A stretch of 64,000 nucleotides of DNA from Octopus sinensis. Its lineage: Eukaryota. The notes beneath the pieces are model-generated. The model saw nothing but the letters and a program-made list of their open reading frames with translations. It did not search any database and was not told the DNA's origin. Position numbers and translations under genes: made by a program. This document shows positions 63,151-64,000 of the stretch, one piece after another. Every line of letters starts with the position of its first letter. Position 1 is the first letter of the stretch. The stretch lies in the NCBI RefSeq assembly GCF_006345805.1, contig NC_043018.1, positions 5,518,001-5,582,000 on the forward strand, written 5' to 3'.

Positions 63151-63389
63151 CTGTGAAAAAAGATTCATCGCAATGCCATAATTCTAAAAGTGAACGATTT
63201 TACTCACACATACATGCATGCACATGTATATGCACGCATGTGCACACATATACAAGCACATACACATGGCAAACATACATACACCTATACGTGCATATAT
63301 ATATATATATACACACACACACATCTAAATATAGCTCTTACAGCCATCCAACCAGCCATCCCTCTTCTCCATCCATCCCACTTCTCCAT

Positions 63390-63546
63390 CCTATGGCTGT
63401 GTGGTAAGTAGCTTGCTAACCAACCACATGGTTCCTGGTTCAGTCCCATTGCGTGGCATCTTGGGCAAGTGTCTTCTGCTATAGCCCCGGGTCGACGAAT
63501 GCCTTGTGAGTGGATTTGGTAGACGGAAACTGAAAGAAGTCTGTCG

Positions 63547-63591
<45 letters not shown>

Positions 63592-63790
63592 TGTGTGTAT
63601 GTGTTTGTCCCCCTAGCATTGCTTGACAACCGATGCTGGTGTGTTTACGTCCCTGTCACTTAACGGTTCGGCAAAAAGAGACCGATAGAACAAGTACTGT
63701 GCTTACAAAGAATAAGTCCTGGGGTCGATTTGCTCGACTAAAGGCGGTGCTCCAGCATGGCCGCAGTCAAATGACTGAACAAGTAAAAGA
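63390..63790 (+). mobile_element. tRNA-derived SINE, family 1
   Basis: Homologous to 1646-2041. Confidence 0.85.
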
Positions 63791-64000
63791 AAAAAAAATA
63801 TTGGTTTCAAATTTTGGCACAATGCCAGCAGTTTTGAGGGAGAAGGCAAGTTAATTACATCAAACCCAGTGTTCAACTGGTACTTATTTCATTGACTTCA
63901 AAAAGATGAAAAGCAAAGTCAACCTCAGCAGAATTTGAACTCAGAATGTAAGAGTGGACAAAGTCACTATGCATTTTGCCTAGCATGCTAACAATTCTGC

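Overview
Eukaryotic, AT-rich, repeat-dense genomic DNA. The SINE and microsatellite landscape looks like an octopus genome (inference from repeat types, not checked). The only host genes are two tandem, minus-strand, multi-exon L-threonine aldolase (Tha1/GLY1/ltaE family) paralogs. Copy A has coding exons 1-6 in the window (21987 down to 1483) and its 3' exons lie off the left edge. Copy B has coding exons 4-9 in the window (63150 down to the stop at 39781) and its 5' exons lie off the right edge. All 12 exons have GT-AG boundaries and compatible phases. The three shared exons are about 70% identical in protein (87/125, counted by hand), and copy B has replaced several conserved active-site residues. 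The rest is transposon-derived: an ~8.9 kb intronic satellite built from the 3' end of a CR1/L2-type LINE; at least four hammerhead-ribozyme-bearing, Penelope-like segments, including a 429-bp tandem retrozyme-like unit and a sense ribozyme in an intron paired with its own antisense copy; composite Helitrons; a long-TIR foldback element; a 5'-inverted RTE LINE; several long palindromes; many SINEs and MITEs; microsatellites; and a 100-N gap. Almost all entries in the ORF track are repeat artefacts. SINE and MITE coordinates are approximate.
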